From an uncultured Bacillales bacterium (GTDB taxonomy: Bacteria; Bacillota_I; Bacilli_A; RFN20; CAG-288): a DNA stretch of 64,000 nt. The notes beneath the pieces are model-generated. The model saw nothing but the letters and a program-made list of their open reading frames with translations, had not been told where the DNA came from and did not search any database. The position numbers and the translations under genes are program-made. The stretch lies in assembly GCA_949287425.1 (NCBI GenBank), contig CASEGJ010000004.1:325727-389726 (forward strand), written 5' to 3'. The first letter of the stretch is position 1. Each line of letters opens with the position of its first letter. Shown one piece after another: positions 31,201-40,990 of this stretch.

Positions 31201-32198
31201 CCTTATTTACTTGCGAAACTAAAGATGGTGTCTGTGTCCATTGTTATGGACGTAACTTAGCTACTGGTAGATTAGTTTCAATCGGTGATGCTGTCGGTAT
31301 TATGGCTGCTCAATCAATCGGCGAACCTGGTACACAGCTTACTTTGAAAAACTTCCACTCTGGTGGTGTTGCTGGTGAAGAAGATATCACTCAAGGTTTA
31401 CCTAGAGTTCAAGAAGTTTTGGAAGCTAGAGTTCCTAAAGGTGAGGCTTTAATTACCGAAATTAGCGGTGTTGTTAAAGAAATTAGCGAACACGATAAAG
31501 ATAAGAAGATGTACAATATCACTATTGAAAATCCTAATATCATTGTCGATGAACAAACTAATGAATGTGAAACTAAAACATATACAACTAACGCTCATGC
31601 TACAGTTATCGTTCAAGTTGGCGATCAAGTTAAAGCTGGTCAAAAGCTCACTGTCGGTGCAATTGATCCTAAGAAATTGCTCGATGCTACTAGTGTAGCT
31701 GATGTTGAAACTTACTTACTTGAAGAAGTTGAAAAAGTCTATCAAAACCAAGGTATTAATATTTCTGATAAGCATGTTGAAGTTATCGCTAAACAGATGC
31801 TTAGAAAGATGTTAGTTATTGAATCAGGAGATACTAACTTATTACCTGGAACTAGAGTAGATATTGTCGATTTCACTAATGCTAACGCTAAAGCTTTAGC
31901 TGAAAATAAACATCCTGCTGTCGGTCGTCCAATCGTTCTTGGTATTACTAAAGCAGCTTTGGATACAAATTCCTTCTTATCTTCTGCTTCCTTCCAAGAA
32001 ACCACCCGTGTTTTAACTGATGCGGCTGTTAAAGGAAAGATTGACTATCTCCACGGCTTAAAAGAAAATGTCATGATCGGTAAGTTAATTCCTGCTGGTA
32101 CTGGCTTTTATGGCGATAGCGATGAATCTTCAGAGAGATTTGAAGCTGGCGCAGTAAATGCTGGAGCTGAAACTCCTGAATTTTCTGAAAAGCAATAA
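28227..32198 (+). CDS. rpoC: DNA-directed RNA polymerase subunit beta'
   Basis: 1323 aa; zinc finger '[23 protein letters not shown]', '[12 protein letters not shown]' catalytic loop. Confidence 0.97.
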   Translation: MFELNKLTAIQVKLASPEKILEWSKGEVKNAETINYRTQKPEPDGLFCERIFGPTKDYQCYCGKYRKPRSAGIVCEKCGVEVTTKAVRRERMGHIQLAAPCTHIWYLKGTPSRISVLLDIPPKQVEQVVYYASHIVINPGDTVQLSERMVLDEKDSREKFKAIMQEIIEKGRTNNIEKAKSILHNLENTSMLVDFDTIAKFINECIGTVFDWGAGAIKSLLEKVDLQKEFDDIQKELKNTNSPKNQKRIKLLKRLELVDAFIKSNNRPEWMVLTILPVMPPDLRPMLPLDGGRYAASDLNDLYRRVIGRNTRLKNFQEIKAPSIITINEKRMLQEAVDALIDNGRRTRAVTGAGNRPLKSLSSQLKGKQGRFRQNLLGKRVDYSGRSVIAVGPTLNMDQCGIPREMAINLFRPFITGILMQKKYASSKKQADYMIDNQDEHVLEAIESIITHHPVLLNRAPTLHRLGIQAFRPILVEGRAIRLHPLVCTGFNADFDGDQMAVHVPLSEKAQKEAIDLMIANHNILGPKDGKPICIPSQDMLLGNYYITMENDAEGMLAQAKYYRNFKDDVEADRYEIYSQAEGRVFKDYNEVILAYENHQVHLQTRIAIRASSLNKTYLNSAMKKAYLLTTPGKLIFNSIYPSDFPYINGAQDAKFKHTGSKPQYELDDNYLPEGFVAYGTDIKQAIKDAKLHSPISKGEITNIITELFYRYQAQKTSEILDLMKNLGFEFSTISGITVALSDISAETSDGSPSPLANKQELFAKTDELVEHYRQQADDGELTENERYEKVVAAWGKVSNTITEEVRTLINKEVRNPVFIMSASGARGKLTNFVQLIGIKGLMQRPDGSSIEIPVKSCFREGLNVAEFFIATHGARKTGADTALKTADSGYLTRRLIDVSHDVIVREEDCGCDHGIVIRDIMSREPRFDDEAKGQYPEVKVKLYDRLIGRFTVHDVINPQTGEVIVKANTMISEDQAASIINAGIKEVEIRTLFTCETKDGVCVHCYGRNLATGRLVSIGDAVGIMAAQSIGEPGTQLTLKNFHSGGVAGEEDITQGLPRVQEVLEARVPKGEALITEISGVVKEISEHDKDKKMYNITIENPNIIVDEQTNECETKTYTTNAHATVIVQVGDQVKAGQKLTVGAIDPKKLLDATSVADVETYLLEEVEKVYQNQGINISDKHVEVIAKQMLRKMLVIESGDTNLLPGTRVDIVDFTNANAKALAENKHPAVGRPIVLGITKAALDTNSFLSSASFQETTRVLTDAAVKGKIDYLHGLKENVMIGKLIPAGTGFYGDSDESSERFEAGAVNAGAETPEFSEKQ

Positions 32199-32210
32199 TT
32201 TAAACTGATT

Positions 32211-32244
32211 AGGGGCAAAAACTACATAGTTTAGCCCCTTTTTC
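32211..32244 (+). terminator. Rho-independent terminator after rpoC
   Basis: AGGGGCaAAACT-ACAT-AGTTTaGCCCCT followed by TTTT. Confidence 0.6.
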
Positions 32245-32245
32245 A

Positions 32246-34039
32246 ATGTTTAAAAAACCAGTTAAATATATTACAATAAATAGTATGGACAAAGTTTTTA
32301 TTGATGATTTGTTTTATCCTCCTATAGAAAATTTCACTGTATGTTATCAAAAGAATAAAACTAATTTACTTCTAGTTTATCCTTATATTCCTAATATCGA
32401 GATTGATTCTTTATCATCTATTAAAGGAAAGATTTTTATCGATGATAAATTAGTTAATTCCGAAGAAGAATTTAAATCTTTACAGGATAATTTTTTTAAT
32501 ATTGATTCTTCTTATAATTGCGAAGTATTTAAAGATTCCGTCTATTTATCTTTATTGAATTATTATTTAGAATTAAATAATTATTTAAAGCGCAAATATT
32601 CATCTCAATCAGAATTAAATAATTTAGATGAAAAACGCTTTGAAATAGAGCAAAAACAAGCTGAAATAAAACAAGAATACGACGATAAGATTTTAAAATT
32701 AGATAATCAAGTAGAAGAAGAACTTTCTTCTTTAAGAAAGAAAAATTCTGAAAATAAATTAGATACTTCTGAAAATAATTTAGCATATCATAGTGGAATT
32801 CAAGCTATTTTAGCTAAAAAAGAAGAGCGGAAAAATGAAATTGAAAGTGAATATCTTTCTAAATTAGATGAGCTAAAAAAAGTAAATCAACAATATTTTT
32901 TAGATAGTAAATCTTCTCAAGCTACAATAAAAAAGCAAATTAAACAAGAGTATAAACTAGCAAAAAAAGAATTGAAAAGTAAAATTAAACAGCTAAAGAA
33001 AGAAAATCTCGATAGTTTAGATTATAAAGAAAATCTAGATAAGGCCTATAATGAGTTTTATTTAAAGACTTTTGTTCCTAAAAAAGTTGCTGTTATGAGA
33101 TTGAATAGATTGTTTGAAGATTTCAGCTTTCAAATTTCATATAGTCTAAAAAACAAAATGATAAATAAGTTTAGTTTAATTGAACTTATGAAAATCAAGA
33201 TGATTTTTGGAATTATTTCCACTAAGCAAGTTTTTAATTTAAATCTTTTAGATGATAATTTAACTAGTCAAGATAAATTAGTTTTAATTGAAGATTTTAA
33301 AAAGTTAACTTCTTATGAAAATAAATTCGGTTTAATAATTACAAACGATGTTGAACATGCTAATTTAGTAAGTGATGAATCTAGTGTATTTTTCGCTTTA
33401 GAAGGAAAGACAATTGAATATTCTTCTAAAGCTAATATGATTTCAAACTGTTTAGTTCCTATCGTTCAAAAGTTTTTTAAAAAGGAAAATATCTTGCAAG
33501 ACGATATTGATTTTGCCATGGATATTAAAGGTAACTTAGTAGAAATTTTACCTGAACATTATATCTATGCATCTTCTAGTCAAGTTGTTGCGTATACTCG
33601 TTTAATTAAATATGAAAAGAGAATGGAAAAAAAGCAAGTAGAAATTAAAAAGCAAAAAGTCGCTGAGCTTACTAATAATAAAGAAGAGAATAGTAAGAAA
33701 GTTATTGCTAAAAAACCAATTAAGAAAAAGATAGTCAAGCAAACAATTCAAGAAAGCATCAACGATATTGTTTTAGTTAATAAGTTAGATAAACTTAAAA
33801 AAGATAATAAAGAAGATAAAATTAAAGTTTATATTATTGAAAAAAGAGAAAAGGATAATATGTGGGTTATTCATCTTGATAATTCTTCAAAAGCCTTGAA
33901 ATTATTTAAAACTAAAGCGTTAGCTTTAGAATATGGAAAAACACTTACTTATAATCAAGTTGCTAAATTGATTGTAATTCCATCAAAAATTAAAAGTATA
34001 GATGAAAATAGTATAATTAATAAGGAGGAAAATTTATGA
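32246..34039 (+). CDS. Hypothetical Lys/Glu-rich coiled-coil protein; C-terminal ~60 aa resembles a DUF2188-like small domain (tentative)
   Basis: 597-aa ORF in an AT-rich genome (unlikely to be chance); central heptad-like K/E repeats (residues ~110-260); 'KVYIIEKREKDNMWVIHLD..FKTKALALEYGKTL'. No SD; start sits directly after the terminator T-run. Confidence 0.5.
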   Translation: MFKKPVKYITINSMDKVFIDDLFYPPIENFTVCYQKNKTNLLLVYPYIPNIEIDSLSSIKGKIFIDDKLVNSEEEFKSLQDNFFNIDSSYNCEVFKDSVYLSLLNYYLELNNYLKRKYSSQSELNNLDEKRFEIEQKQAEIKQEYDDKILKLDNQVEEELSSLRKKNSENKLDTSENNLAYHSGIQAILAKKEERKNEIESEYLSKLDELKKVNQQYFLDSKSSQATIKKQIKQEYKLAKKELKSKIKQLKKENLDSLDYKENLDKAYNEFYLKTFVPKKVAVMRLNRLFEDFSFQISYSLKNKMINKFSLIELMKIKMIFGIISTKQVFNLNLLDDNLTSQDKLVLIEDFKKLTSYENKFGLIITNDVEHANLVSDESSVFFALEGKTIEYSSKANMISNCLVPIVQKFFKKENILQDDIDFAMDIKGNLVEILPEHYIYASSSQVVAYTRLIKYEKRMEKKQVEIKKQKVAELTNNKEENSKKVIAKKPIKKKIVKQTIQESINDIVLVNKLDKLKKDNKEDKIKVYIIEKREKDNMWVIHLDNSSKALKLFKTKALALEYGKTLTYNQVAKLIVIPSKIKSIDENSIINKEENL

Positions 34040-34593
34040 TTTACAAAGGTTTAGTTTTGTTAGCTGATGGTTTTGAACAAGTTGAAGCTTTAGCTTATGT
34101 CGATATTTTAACTCGTGCTGGGATTCAAGTAGATTTAGTTTCTATTAAAAATTGTCACAAGGTTACTTCTTCTTCTCATATTACTGTTGTCGCTAAATAC
34201 AATTTAAAAGAAATCGATTATACAAGCTATGATTTTATCTATCTTCCTGGAGGTAAATTAGGTGTCGATAATTTGCAAAAATCTAAAAAAGTTAGAGATA
34301 TATTAAAGTATTTTTACGATAACAACGATACTAAATTGATTACAGCTATCTGCGCTGCTCCTTCCATCTTAGGGGTTTTAGGTTATCTAGATGATAAAAA
34401 GTATACTTGCTTCCCAGGTTTTGAAAGAGGTAAAGGTAAATATTTAGAAAATGAAACCTGTGTAGTTGATGGAAATATCTATACAGCTAGAAGTATGTAT
34501 TGGACTATTCAATTAGCTGAAAAGGTCGTTGAACATTATCTTGGAAAAGGTGGATTAGAAAAAATCTATCCTGGAACTAGAGGAGTTAGATAA
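34036..34593 (+). CDS. DJ-1/PfpI (ThiJ) family protein
   Basis: 'LLADGFEQVEALAYVDILTRAG', nucleophile elbow 'AICAAPSILG'; ATGA overlap with the upstream gene. Confidence 0.8.
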   Translation: MIYKGLVLLADGFEQVEALAYVDILTRAGIQVDLVSIKNCHKVTSSSHITVVAKYNLKEIDYTSYDFIYLPGGKLGVDNLQKSKKVRDILKYFYDNNDTKLITAICAAPSILGVLGYLDDKKYTCFPGFERGKGKYLENETCVVDGNIYTARSMYWTIQLAEKVVEHYLGKGGLEKIYPGTRGVR

Positions 34594-34616
34594 TTTTATA
34601 AGCTAAATTAAAACAC

Positions 34617-34643
34617 GTGTCTATTTTAAGTAGACACTTTTTT
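34617..34643 (+). terminator. Rho-independent terminator (GTGTCTA/TAGACAC stem + TTTTTT)
   Basis: Perfect 7-bp inverted repeat with 7-nt loop and T6. Confidence 0.6.
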
Positions 34644-34839
34644 AATTGACAAAAAAAGCTCATAAGTGTTATTAAATAATTATAAATAGCTAGATAAAAT
34701 ATTATAGGGATTTATGAAAAGAAAATTTTGTTATCTAATTTGTTTAGCTAGTTTAATTATACTTAATGTAAATGTGGATATAATAAAGAAATCACATCTA
34801 CTCCAATACCTATAGTTCAATAGATAGGAGAATATCATA

Positions 34840-35307
34840 ATGACAAAAATATTTAAATTATTACCTCTATTTTCTTTAATGTTAGTAGGGCTAAGTTCAT
34901 GTAATAATAAAAGCGATGTTGATAAAACTAGTATTAGTCAAAGTATTCTTACAATTACAGCTCATTTTGTAAAATGCGTATATCCTTCTTCCAATTATAC
35001 TTTTGAAAAAAGCGATACTGATTTTAGCTTTGAGTTAACTTATGAAGAAAATCACGTTATAAATAAGTATGATCTAGATGCGATTAGATATCTTATGTAT
35101 GATAAAACTCCTCAAGAGCTCTATCAAGAAGATACTTATTTTTGGGAAGATAAAATTAAATATTCTTTTGGAGTAGATGGACCATTTATAGATTATAAAA
35201 ATGCTAAAGATACACTTTTAGAAGAAGGGGATGTCTTTACTTCAAATATAACTGATGTTTATTATTCACTCTCTTATGGATATTGGTTAATAACTTATCC
35301 AGAATAA
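34840..35307 (+). CDS. Small lipoprotein of unknown function
   Basis: Signal peptide plus lipobox LVGLSSCNN. Confidence 0.5.
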   Translation: MTKIFKLLPLFSLMLVGLSSCNNKSDVDKTSISQSILTITAHFVKCVYPSSNYTFEKSDTDFSFELTYEENHVINKYDLDAIRYLMYDKTPQELYQEDTYFWEDKIKYSFGVDGPFIDYKNAKDTLLEEGDVFTSNITDVYYSLSYGYWLITYPE

Positions 35308-35320
35308 TTGTAAGTAAAAA

Positions 35321-35359
35321 AAACAGATATTTAAGTTATTAGCTAAATATCTGTTTTTA
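35321..35359. terminator. Bidirectional terminator between convergent lipoprotein gene and hpt
   Basis: AAACAGATATTT ... AAATATCTGTTT 12-bp inverted repeat flanked by A-run and T-run. Confidence 0.6.
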
Positions 35360-35377
35360 ATTTGGATTGATTTACAA

Positions 35378-35938
35378 TTAGTTTCTTTTAGCAATTTCAT
35401 CTAACTGCTTAATTTCATCTTGATCTGGAACATAGACATAAGGAATGTTTCTATTTAATTCTTTATAGTCTAATCCATAACCAAGCAAGAATTTGTTTTC
35501 TTTTAATTGAAGGCCATAATAATCTATATCTATATTGACTTTTCTAATAGAAATTTTATCGACTAAGGTAACTATTAAGATGTTTTTAGGTTGATATTTA
35601 TCGTAGATAAAATGCTTTAAATAATGCATAGAATAACCGGTATCAACAACATCGTCAATTAAAACGACAGTTTTATTTTTAGCAGGATAAGTTAGATCTT
35701 TTTTAAGTTTAATAATTCCAGTAGAAGAAGTTCCATCATAAGAAGAAATCTGAACAAAGTCAGTGATAATAGGAATCTTAACTTCTTTAACTAAGTCCAT
35801 CATAAAGTTAAGTCCACCTTTCATAACGCCAACAAAAACAGGAATTTGTTCTTCATCTTTTAATCTTTCTGATAGTTTATCAGCGATATCGATACAAATA
35901 TTGTGAATTTGTTCTCTAGTAAGTAGTATTTCTTTCAT
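35378..35938 (-). CDS. hpt: Hypoxanthine-guanine phosphoribosyltransferase
   Basis: PRPP-binding motif 'VVLIDDVVDTGYSM'; 186 aa. Confidence 0.8.
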   Translation of the reverse strand: MKEILLTREQIHNICIDIADKLSERLKDEEQIPVFVGVMKGGLNFMMDLVKEVKIPIITDFVQISSYDGTSSTGIIKLKKDLTYPAKNKTVVLIDDVVDTGYSMHYLKHFIYDKYQPKNILIVTLVDKISIRKVNIDIDYYGLQLKENKFLLGYGLDYKELNRNIPYVYVPDQDEIKQLDEIAKRN

Positions 35939-36095
35939 AAATAGTTACTCCTTCAATGTGGTTTATGAATTTATTATACTTTATAATTTTTTGATTTTAT
36001 ACTTGAAATCGCTTACGATTTATCAATTTTGATATTTTGTTATTTTTAGAATAGATTTTAAAAGGCTATTAAGCTAGTAACTTAATAGCCAAGGT

Positions 36096-36290
36096 TTATT
36101 TTTCTAAGTCGGTTTTGTCTTTTTTATATTTCTTGTTAAATTCTTTTAACATTTTTTCTTTTGACATGCATTTGCATCCATCACAGCCAGTAGGCAAATT
36201 GTGCATTCTTTTATAAATGTACCTAGATAAGACACCACCTACAACAATAATACAGAAACTAATAAGAATAATCTCTATTGCTAGTAGCAT
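36096..36290 (-). CDS. FeoB-associated Cys-rich small membrane protein
   Basis: One TM helix then 'GCDGCKC'; immediately downstream of feoB. Confidence 0.55.
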   Translation of the reverse strand: MLLAIEIILISFCIIVVGGVLSRYIYKRMHNLPTGCDGCKCMSKEKMLKEFNKKYKKDKTDLEK

Positions 36291-38593
36291 TAGTCTGTTC
36301 CTTTTAAGGTGTTGTTTTTCTTATCTTGATATTTGTTGTAGTAAATAATTCCTCCTATGCCTGATCCAATAATAGCTAGGTAGATAAAACAAGTCCACCA
36401 ATAAGTAGGAATTAGATAGAACATACTTCCAACAAAGAAGGAAGAAACTAACCAGAAAAGGATAGTTCCTTTAAATTTGTTTTTAGGAAGTTCGGCTTTA
36501 GCAGTAGCGACAGCAGCGAAACAAGGAATGGTCAGTAAGTTAAATATAGCGAAAGCAAATAATGCATAAGTGGTAATATTAGTAGCATCAACAATCATTT
36601 CCATCGCTTGAGAAGTTGTGTAATCATCCATAGTTCCACCTGCAATTGCTGCAGATAATGCTGAGAAGATAGATAAGACATTTTCTTTAGCGATAAGCCC
36701 GCAGATAGTAGCGACTACAAAGATCCAACCAAATTCACCAGCTAAATTTGAACCAAAGCCAAGAGGAGTAAATATAGGCTGTAACAATTTACCTATAGTA
36801 GCGGCAATAGAATTAGAAATTTCTTCATCAGGTAAGAAAGCGTTCCAGGATAAATTAACATGTGAGATAAACCAGATCAAGATATTGGAGGCTAAAATGA
36901 CCGTAAAAGCTTTTTTAACAAAGTGTTTAATTTTATCCCAAACGTGAATTCCTAGGGCCTTTAATTGAGGTAAGTGATAGCTAGGCAATTCCATTACAAA
37001 CGGAGGAACAGCCCCTCTATTTACTGTTGCTTTCATAATAATTACAGTAATTAAAGCTGTAACAATACCGACTAAGAAACAAGCTAGAGTAAATAAATCA
37101 GGATTATTTATATTGCACATGATAGCGATTTGACCAGCAACAGCAGTTAAAACTGGTAATTTAGCGCCACATGCGAAGAAAGGAATAACTCTAATAGTTG
37201 TAGTTCTTTCGTTATCATCAGCAAGAGTACGAGTGTTAATCATAGCTGGAATAGAACAGCCAAAGCCCATAATCATAGGCATAAACGCTCTTCCAGATAG
37301 ACCGAATCTTCTAAAGATTCTATCTAAGATAAAGGCAATTCTAGCCATATATCCAGTGTCTTCTAAAATAGCAAAGAATAGGAAGAGTAAACAAATTTGA
37401 GGTAAGAAAGATAATACGGAGAAAATACCCGCTAAAATACCATCACAAATTAATCCAGAGACCCAAACTTGATCACCTTGAATAGATTCTAATCCTGTTT
37501 TAGTTAAATCAGTAATCCAATCGGTAAATCCAACTAAACAAGTCTGTAAAAAGACACCTGGAGAAGCAACACCATCTGCTGAAACTATCAATCCTTCCCA
37601 AGGAGTTCCTTGTAAGGTGACATTGATAATTTCACCATCTTCATTAAGAGGGAAGATGTTTTTTAAATAGAGAAAATTAGTGGCAAAAGTCAAATGGAAA
37701 ATGACAAATAATACGGCAATAAATATAGGAATTCCCCAGATTCTATTTGTTAAAACTTTATCTATTTTATCAGAAAGAGTAGTCTTTAATTGATTGGGAT
37801 CTTGATTGCTACCATCGTTTTTTACGATGATATTTGCAATGTTTTTAGATAAGAATTTGTATCTTTCATCAGCGATAATCGCTTCAAAATCACTTCCGAA
37901 GATTTCATCGTTAAAATCTTTTTTACTTTCAGTAACTAAAGGCAAGATGTTTTTGTGAAGTTGAATTTCGATTTCATCGTTTTCAATTAGCTTAATGGCG
38001 TGGAATAAAGGATTGGAAATTTCTTCAGAAAGATATTCGTTATTAACTTTATTAATTAGGCTATCTAATTTGCAGCCTTTTAAGATAGTTTTACCTTTTC
38101 TAGGATGTTTAGAAGTTTCATAGGCTTTCTTCATCAAATCTTCAAGGTTTGATTCTTTTAAAGCTGAGATTTCTACTACAGGAATATCTAAAATTTTTGA
38201 AAGCTTATTAGTATCGATACTTTGGTTGTTTTTTGCAATTAAATCCGCCATATTAATAGCTAGAATCATTGGAACATCCATTTCGAGCAACTGAGTAGTT
38301 AAATAGAGGTTTCTTTCTAAATTAGTACCATCGACAATATTAATTACACAGTCTGGTTTTTCATCTAAGATGTAATTTCTAGAAATTACTTCTTCAGGTG
38401 AATAAGGAGAAAGAGAATAAATACCAGGTAAATCGATAATTGAAATAGGTTCTTCTAACTTTTTGTAAGTGCCTTCTTTTTTATCAACTGTGACTCCAGG
38501 CCAGTTACCTACATAAGCAGTTGAACCGGTTAAAGAATTAAAAAGAGTAGTTTTTCCGCAGTTAGGATTACCTGCTAAGGCAAATCGTTTCAT
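36290..38593 (-). CDS. feoB: Ferrous iron transporter FeoB
   Basis: N-terminal G-domain 'ALAGNPNCGKTTLFNSLTGS...VGNWPGVTV', two Gate/nucleoside-recognition membrane domains. Confidence 0.92.
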   Translation of the reverse strand: MKRFALAGNPNCGKTTLFNSLTGSTAYVGNWPGVTVDKKEGTYKKLEEPISIIDLPGIYSLSPYSPEEVISRNYILDEKPDCVINIVDGTNLERNLYLTTQLLEMDVPMILAINMADLIAKNNQSIDTNKLSKILDIPVVEISALKESNLEDLMKKAYETSKHPRKGKTILKGCKLDSLINKVNNEYLSEEISNPLFHAIKLIENDEIEIQLHKNILPLVTESKKDFNDEIFGSDFEAIIADERYKFLSKNIANIIVKNDGSNQDPNQLKTTLSDKIDKVLTNRIWGIPIFIAVLFVIFHLTFATNFLYLKNIFPLNEDGEIINVTLQGTPWEGLIVSADGVASPGVFLQTCLVGFTDWITDLTKTGLESIQGDQVWVSGLICDGILAGIFSVLSFLPQICLLFLFFAILEDTGYMARIAFILDRIFRRFGLSGRAFMPMIMGFGCSIPAMINTRTLADDNERTTTIRVIPFFACGAKLPVLTAVAGQIAIMCNINNPDLFTLACFLVGIVTALITVIIMKATVNRGAVPPFVMELPSYHLPQLKALGIHVWDKIKHFVKKAFTVILASNILIWFISHVNLSWNAFLPDEEISNSIAATIGKLLQPIFTPLGFGSNLAGEFGWIFVVATICGLIAKENVLSIFSALSAAIAGGTMDDYTTSQAMEMIVDATNITTYALFAFAIFNLLTIPCFAAVATAKAELPKNKFKGTILFWLVSSFFVGSMFYLIPTYWWTCFIYLAIIGSGIGGIIYYNKYQDKKNNTLKGTD

Positions 38594-38874
38594 TTATTTA
38601 CCTCCTTATTTTCCACTAGTTTAGTCATTTTAAGACTGATTAGTTTAGCTTCTGCTTTCCTTAAAGTTAACTCGTAATTACGCAAGGTAATTTCAATTGG
38701 ATCGCCTAAAGGAGCCTTTTTTCTTAAAGTGACATTAGTATTAGGAGTAAGCCCCATATCTAATAAGCGGCGTCTAAGTTTACCTTCACCATCGATTTTG
38801 ATGATGATGCCTTCTTCAAAGACATTGAACGTATCAAGAGTTTTAATTATTGAAGGCTTTGACTCTACATTCAT
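38590..38874 (-). CDS. feoA: FeoA-family protein
   Basis: SH3-like FeoA 'RRLLDMGLTPNTNVTLRKKAPLGDPIEI'; ATGA overlap with feoB. Confidence 0.7.
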   Translation of the reverse strand: MNVESKPSIIKTLDTFNVFEEGIIIKIDGEGKLRRRLLDMGLTPNTNVTLRKKAPLGDPIEITLRNYELTLRKAEAKLISLKMTKLVENKEVNK

Positions 38875-38889
38875 AATTTGTTTCCTTTC

Positions 38890-39111
38890 TTATTTAGCTA
38901 TAACTGAAATACCAGCGGCAGTTTGATTATCTATAGCAAATCTCGCACCTTTAATAAAAACGACTAAAGTTCCTTTTTCATTAGCGAGAACTTGAATAGT
39001 CGAATTGATAGTAAGGCCTAAAGTTTCAAGATGCTTTTTTAATTTGTCATTTCCAAAACTAACTTTAATAACTTTAAGTTCAGTATTTAATGGCGCAATT
39101 AGTAAGGGCAT
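38890..39111 (-). CDS. feoA: FeoA-family protein (second copy)
   Basis: 'LKKHLETLGLTINSTIQVLANEKGTLVVFIKGARFAI'. Confidence 0.7.
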   Translation of the reverse strand: MPLLIAPLNTELKVIKVSFGNDKLKKHLETLGLTINSTIQVLANEKGTLVVFIKGARFAIDNQTAAGISVIAK

Positions 39112-39168
39112 AATTAACCTCCTTTATTGCTATATCAAAAAATGATATGGCTCAATCAAACCGTTGTA

Positions 39169-39184
39169 GTTAGTTATAACTAAC
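39169..39184. promoter_or_regulatory. Perfect 16-bp palindrome GTTAGTTATAACTAAC; candidate DtxR/MntR-family operator (box 1)
   Basis: Self-complementary; lies in the feo / dtxR-like divergent intergenic region; resembles the TTAGGTTAGCCTAACCTAA-type iron boxes. Confidence 0.55.
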
Positions 39185-39236
39185 ATATACATTATACATC
39201 TAAATTATTCTTAGTCAACAAAAAAAGTTAGTTATA

Positions 39237-39252
39237 ACTAACAAAAATTATC
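39237..39252. promoter_or_regulatory. Second identical 16-bp palindrome GTTAGTTATAACTAAC (box 2)
   Basis: Exact repeat of box 1, 68 bp downstream, ~60 bp upstream of the regulator start codon. Confidence 0.55.
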
Positions 39253-39312
39253 TCACTTTATATTTACCCCTTATTTATCTATAATATTGATATATAAATA
39301 TGGAGAAAAGAT

Positions 39313-39687
39313 ATGGACGCTAACGAATCAAAAGAAGATTATTTAGAAAAGATATATATGTTAAAACAAATTCAAGTTAAAGTTAGAGCTATCGATATTG
39401 TGAAATTGATGAATTTTTCAAAGCCATCAGTTTCTATCGCTTTAAAGAAGTTAATTAAAGAAGGTTATGTTACTCACGATGAAAAAACAGGGGATATTAA
39501 TTTAACTGAAGAAGGTTATAAAATAGCGGAATCTACTTATGATAGACATATTACTTTAGCGAAATTTTTTGAATATTTAGGCGTCGAAAAATCCATTGCT
39601 TTACAAGATGCTTGTAAAGTTGAACACGATCTTTCCAAAGATACTTATTTAAAGTTAAAAGAATATCTTTCTAAATTAGATTTATAG
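39313..39687 (+). CDS. DtxR/MntR-family metal-dependent transcriptional repressor (short form, HTH + dimerisation)
   Basis: 'EDYLEKIYML...IDIVKLMNFSKPSVSIALKKLIKEGYVTHDE' HTH_DtxR; RBS GGAG. Confidence 0.8.
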   Translation: MDANESKEDYLEKIYMLKQIQVKVRAIDIVKLMNFSKPSVSIALKKLIKEGYVTHDEKTGDINLTEEGYKIAESTYDRHITLAKFFEYLGVEKSIALQDACKVEHDLSKDTYLKLKEYLSKLDL

Positions 39688-39818
39688 GTAAGTTGTATCT
39701 ATTTTTTTATAAAATTTAGATTTATTTTAATAAATGCATTCTATTTTAATAGACTATTAAAGTTAAGTCAGTGATAATTGTTTGAAGTTATTTTAGATAT
39801 CTTTGTTTAAATTTATAT

Positions 39819-40958
39819 TTAATTATCGTTTTCTAATAAGTTGTGCCACTTTTTAATTATATTATCCATAGATAATTTATAACTTTCTTCATAAGTGAAT
39901 CTTTTTAAATTTTCCAATTTAGTTTTATCAGTTAAAACTTCTTCAATTTTGTTTGCAAAACTTTCGGCTTCTTTTAAAGGAATAACAAATCCGTTAATTC
40001 CGTCTTTAATTAGAGTAATACTAGCTCCCCAGTTAGTAGATATACTTGGAATTGAGTAAGCCTCAGCCTCATTTCTAATTAAAGGAACTCCTTCAAAATT
40101 AGAAGTTATAAGAAGTAAATCAGAATTTAAAAATAAGTTAGGAATATCGTATGTCGGTTTAAAAATACTAACAAAATTTTCAAGTTGTTTAGTTTTTACA
40201 AACTGCCTCATCTGAATTTCTAATTCGCCTTCACCATACATATTTAAATGGAATGGAAAGTTATCATCTTTTAATTTTTCAGCAATTTTAAGTGCTAAAA
40301 TTGGATTTTTTTGCTCAGTATATCTTCCGATAAAAAGCAAATTATTATTGTGAAATTCAAAATTTTTAACTCTTGGAAAACGACATGGATTAATAATGGA
40401 TATCGATTTAGATTTAAGTTTAGGTTTTTTAGAAATAATCTGATTTAAAATTTCTTTTGAAAGGAAGATAAATTTTTTAGGTTTATGCGAGAAGATAAAG
40501 CAAAGTCTAGTGATTAAAGAGAAAAAATTATCGCTGTCAAAATGAAAGTGAAAATAAGTATTGGCATCTTTAGGAGCTAAATAATAATTTTCAATTGATG
40601 AACAAATTAAAAGGCTATCTTTATTAAGTAGAGATTTAATGTATTTTCTTTTCTTTTTAATTTTAAAAAGAAACTCATCAAAAAGGTGATAGATCAATTT
40701 AGATGCATTAATTAATTGAAAGTTTTTAAGATATAATTTTAAATTATCTGAAAATCTTTCGAGTTTATTATCGACATTTAAGCTTATTATTTTAATTTTT
40801 GGATTGATATTATATATGATATTTTGGCTTTTAAATGTCGAAATAACAGTTATATCGTAATCGAATTTTTCAACTAGTTGATTCATTATTTCGATGGAAA
40901 CTGTTTCGGTTCCACCGATTAATTCTAGCTGTTGTAAACACCAAAATATCTTTTTCAT
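39819..40958 (-). CDS. GT4-family (GT-B) glycosyltransferase, plausible glycolipid synthase
   Basis: 'EGVPLIRNEAEAYSIPSISTNWGASITLIKDGINGFVIP' E-x7-E-type GT4 motif. Confidence 0.7.
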   Translation of the reverse strand: MKKIFWCLQQLELIGGTETVSIEIMNQLVEKFDYDITVISTFKSQNIIYNINPKIKIISLNVDNKLERFSDNLKLYLKNFQLINASKLIYHLFDEFLFKIKKKRKYIKSLLNKDSLLICSSIENYYLAPKDANTYFHFHFDSDNFFSLITRLCFIFSHKPKKFIFLSKEILNQIISKKPKLKSKSISIINPCRFPRVKNFEFHNNNLLFIGRYTEQKNPILALKIAEKLKDDNFPFHLNMYGEGELEIQMRQFVKTKQLENFVSIFKPTYDIPNLFLNSDLLLITSNFEGVPLIRNEAEAYSIPSISTNWGASITLIKDGINGFVIPLKEAESFANKIEEVLTDKTKLENLKRFTYEESYKLSMDNIIKKWHNLLENDN

Positions 40959-40990
40959 ATAATAAAATTAGTTGTTTTTACTATCTTGAT

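Noticed and set aside
31742-32005. Small ORFs inside and antisense to rpoC and rpoB (e.g. 26371..26604, 28315..28548, 28961..29185)
   Set aside because: Embedded in universally conserved RNA polymerase genes.
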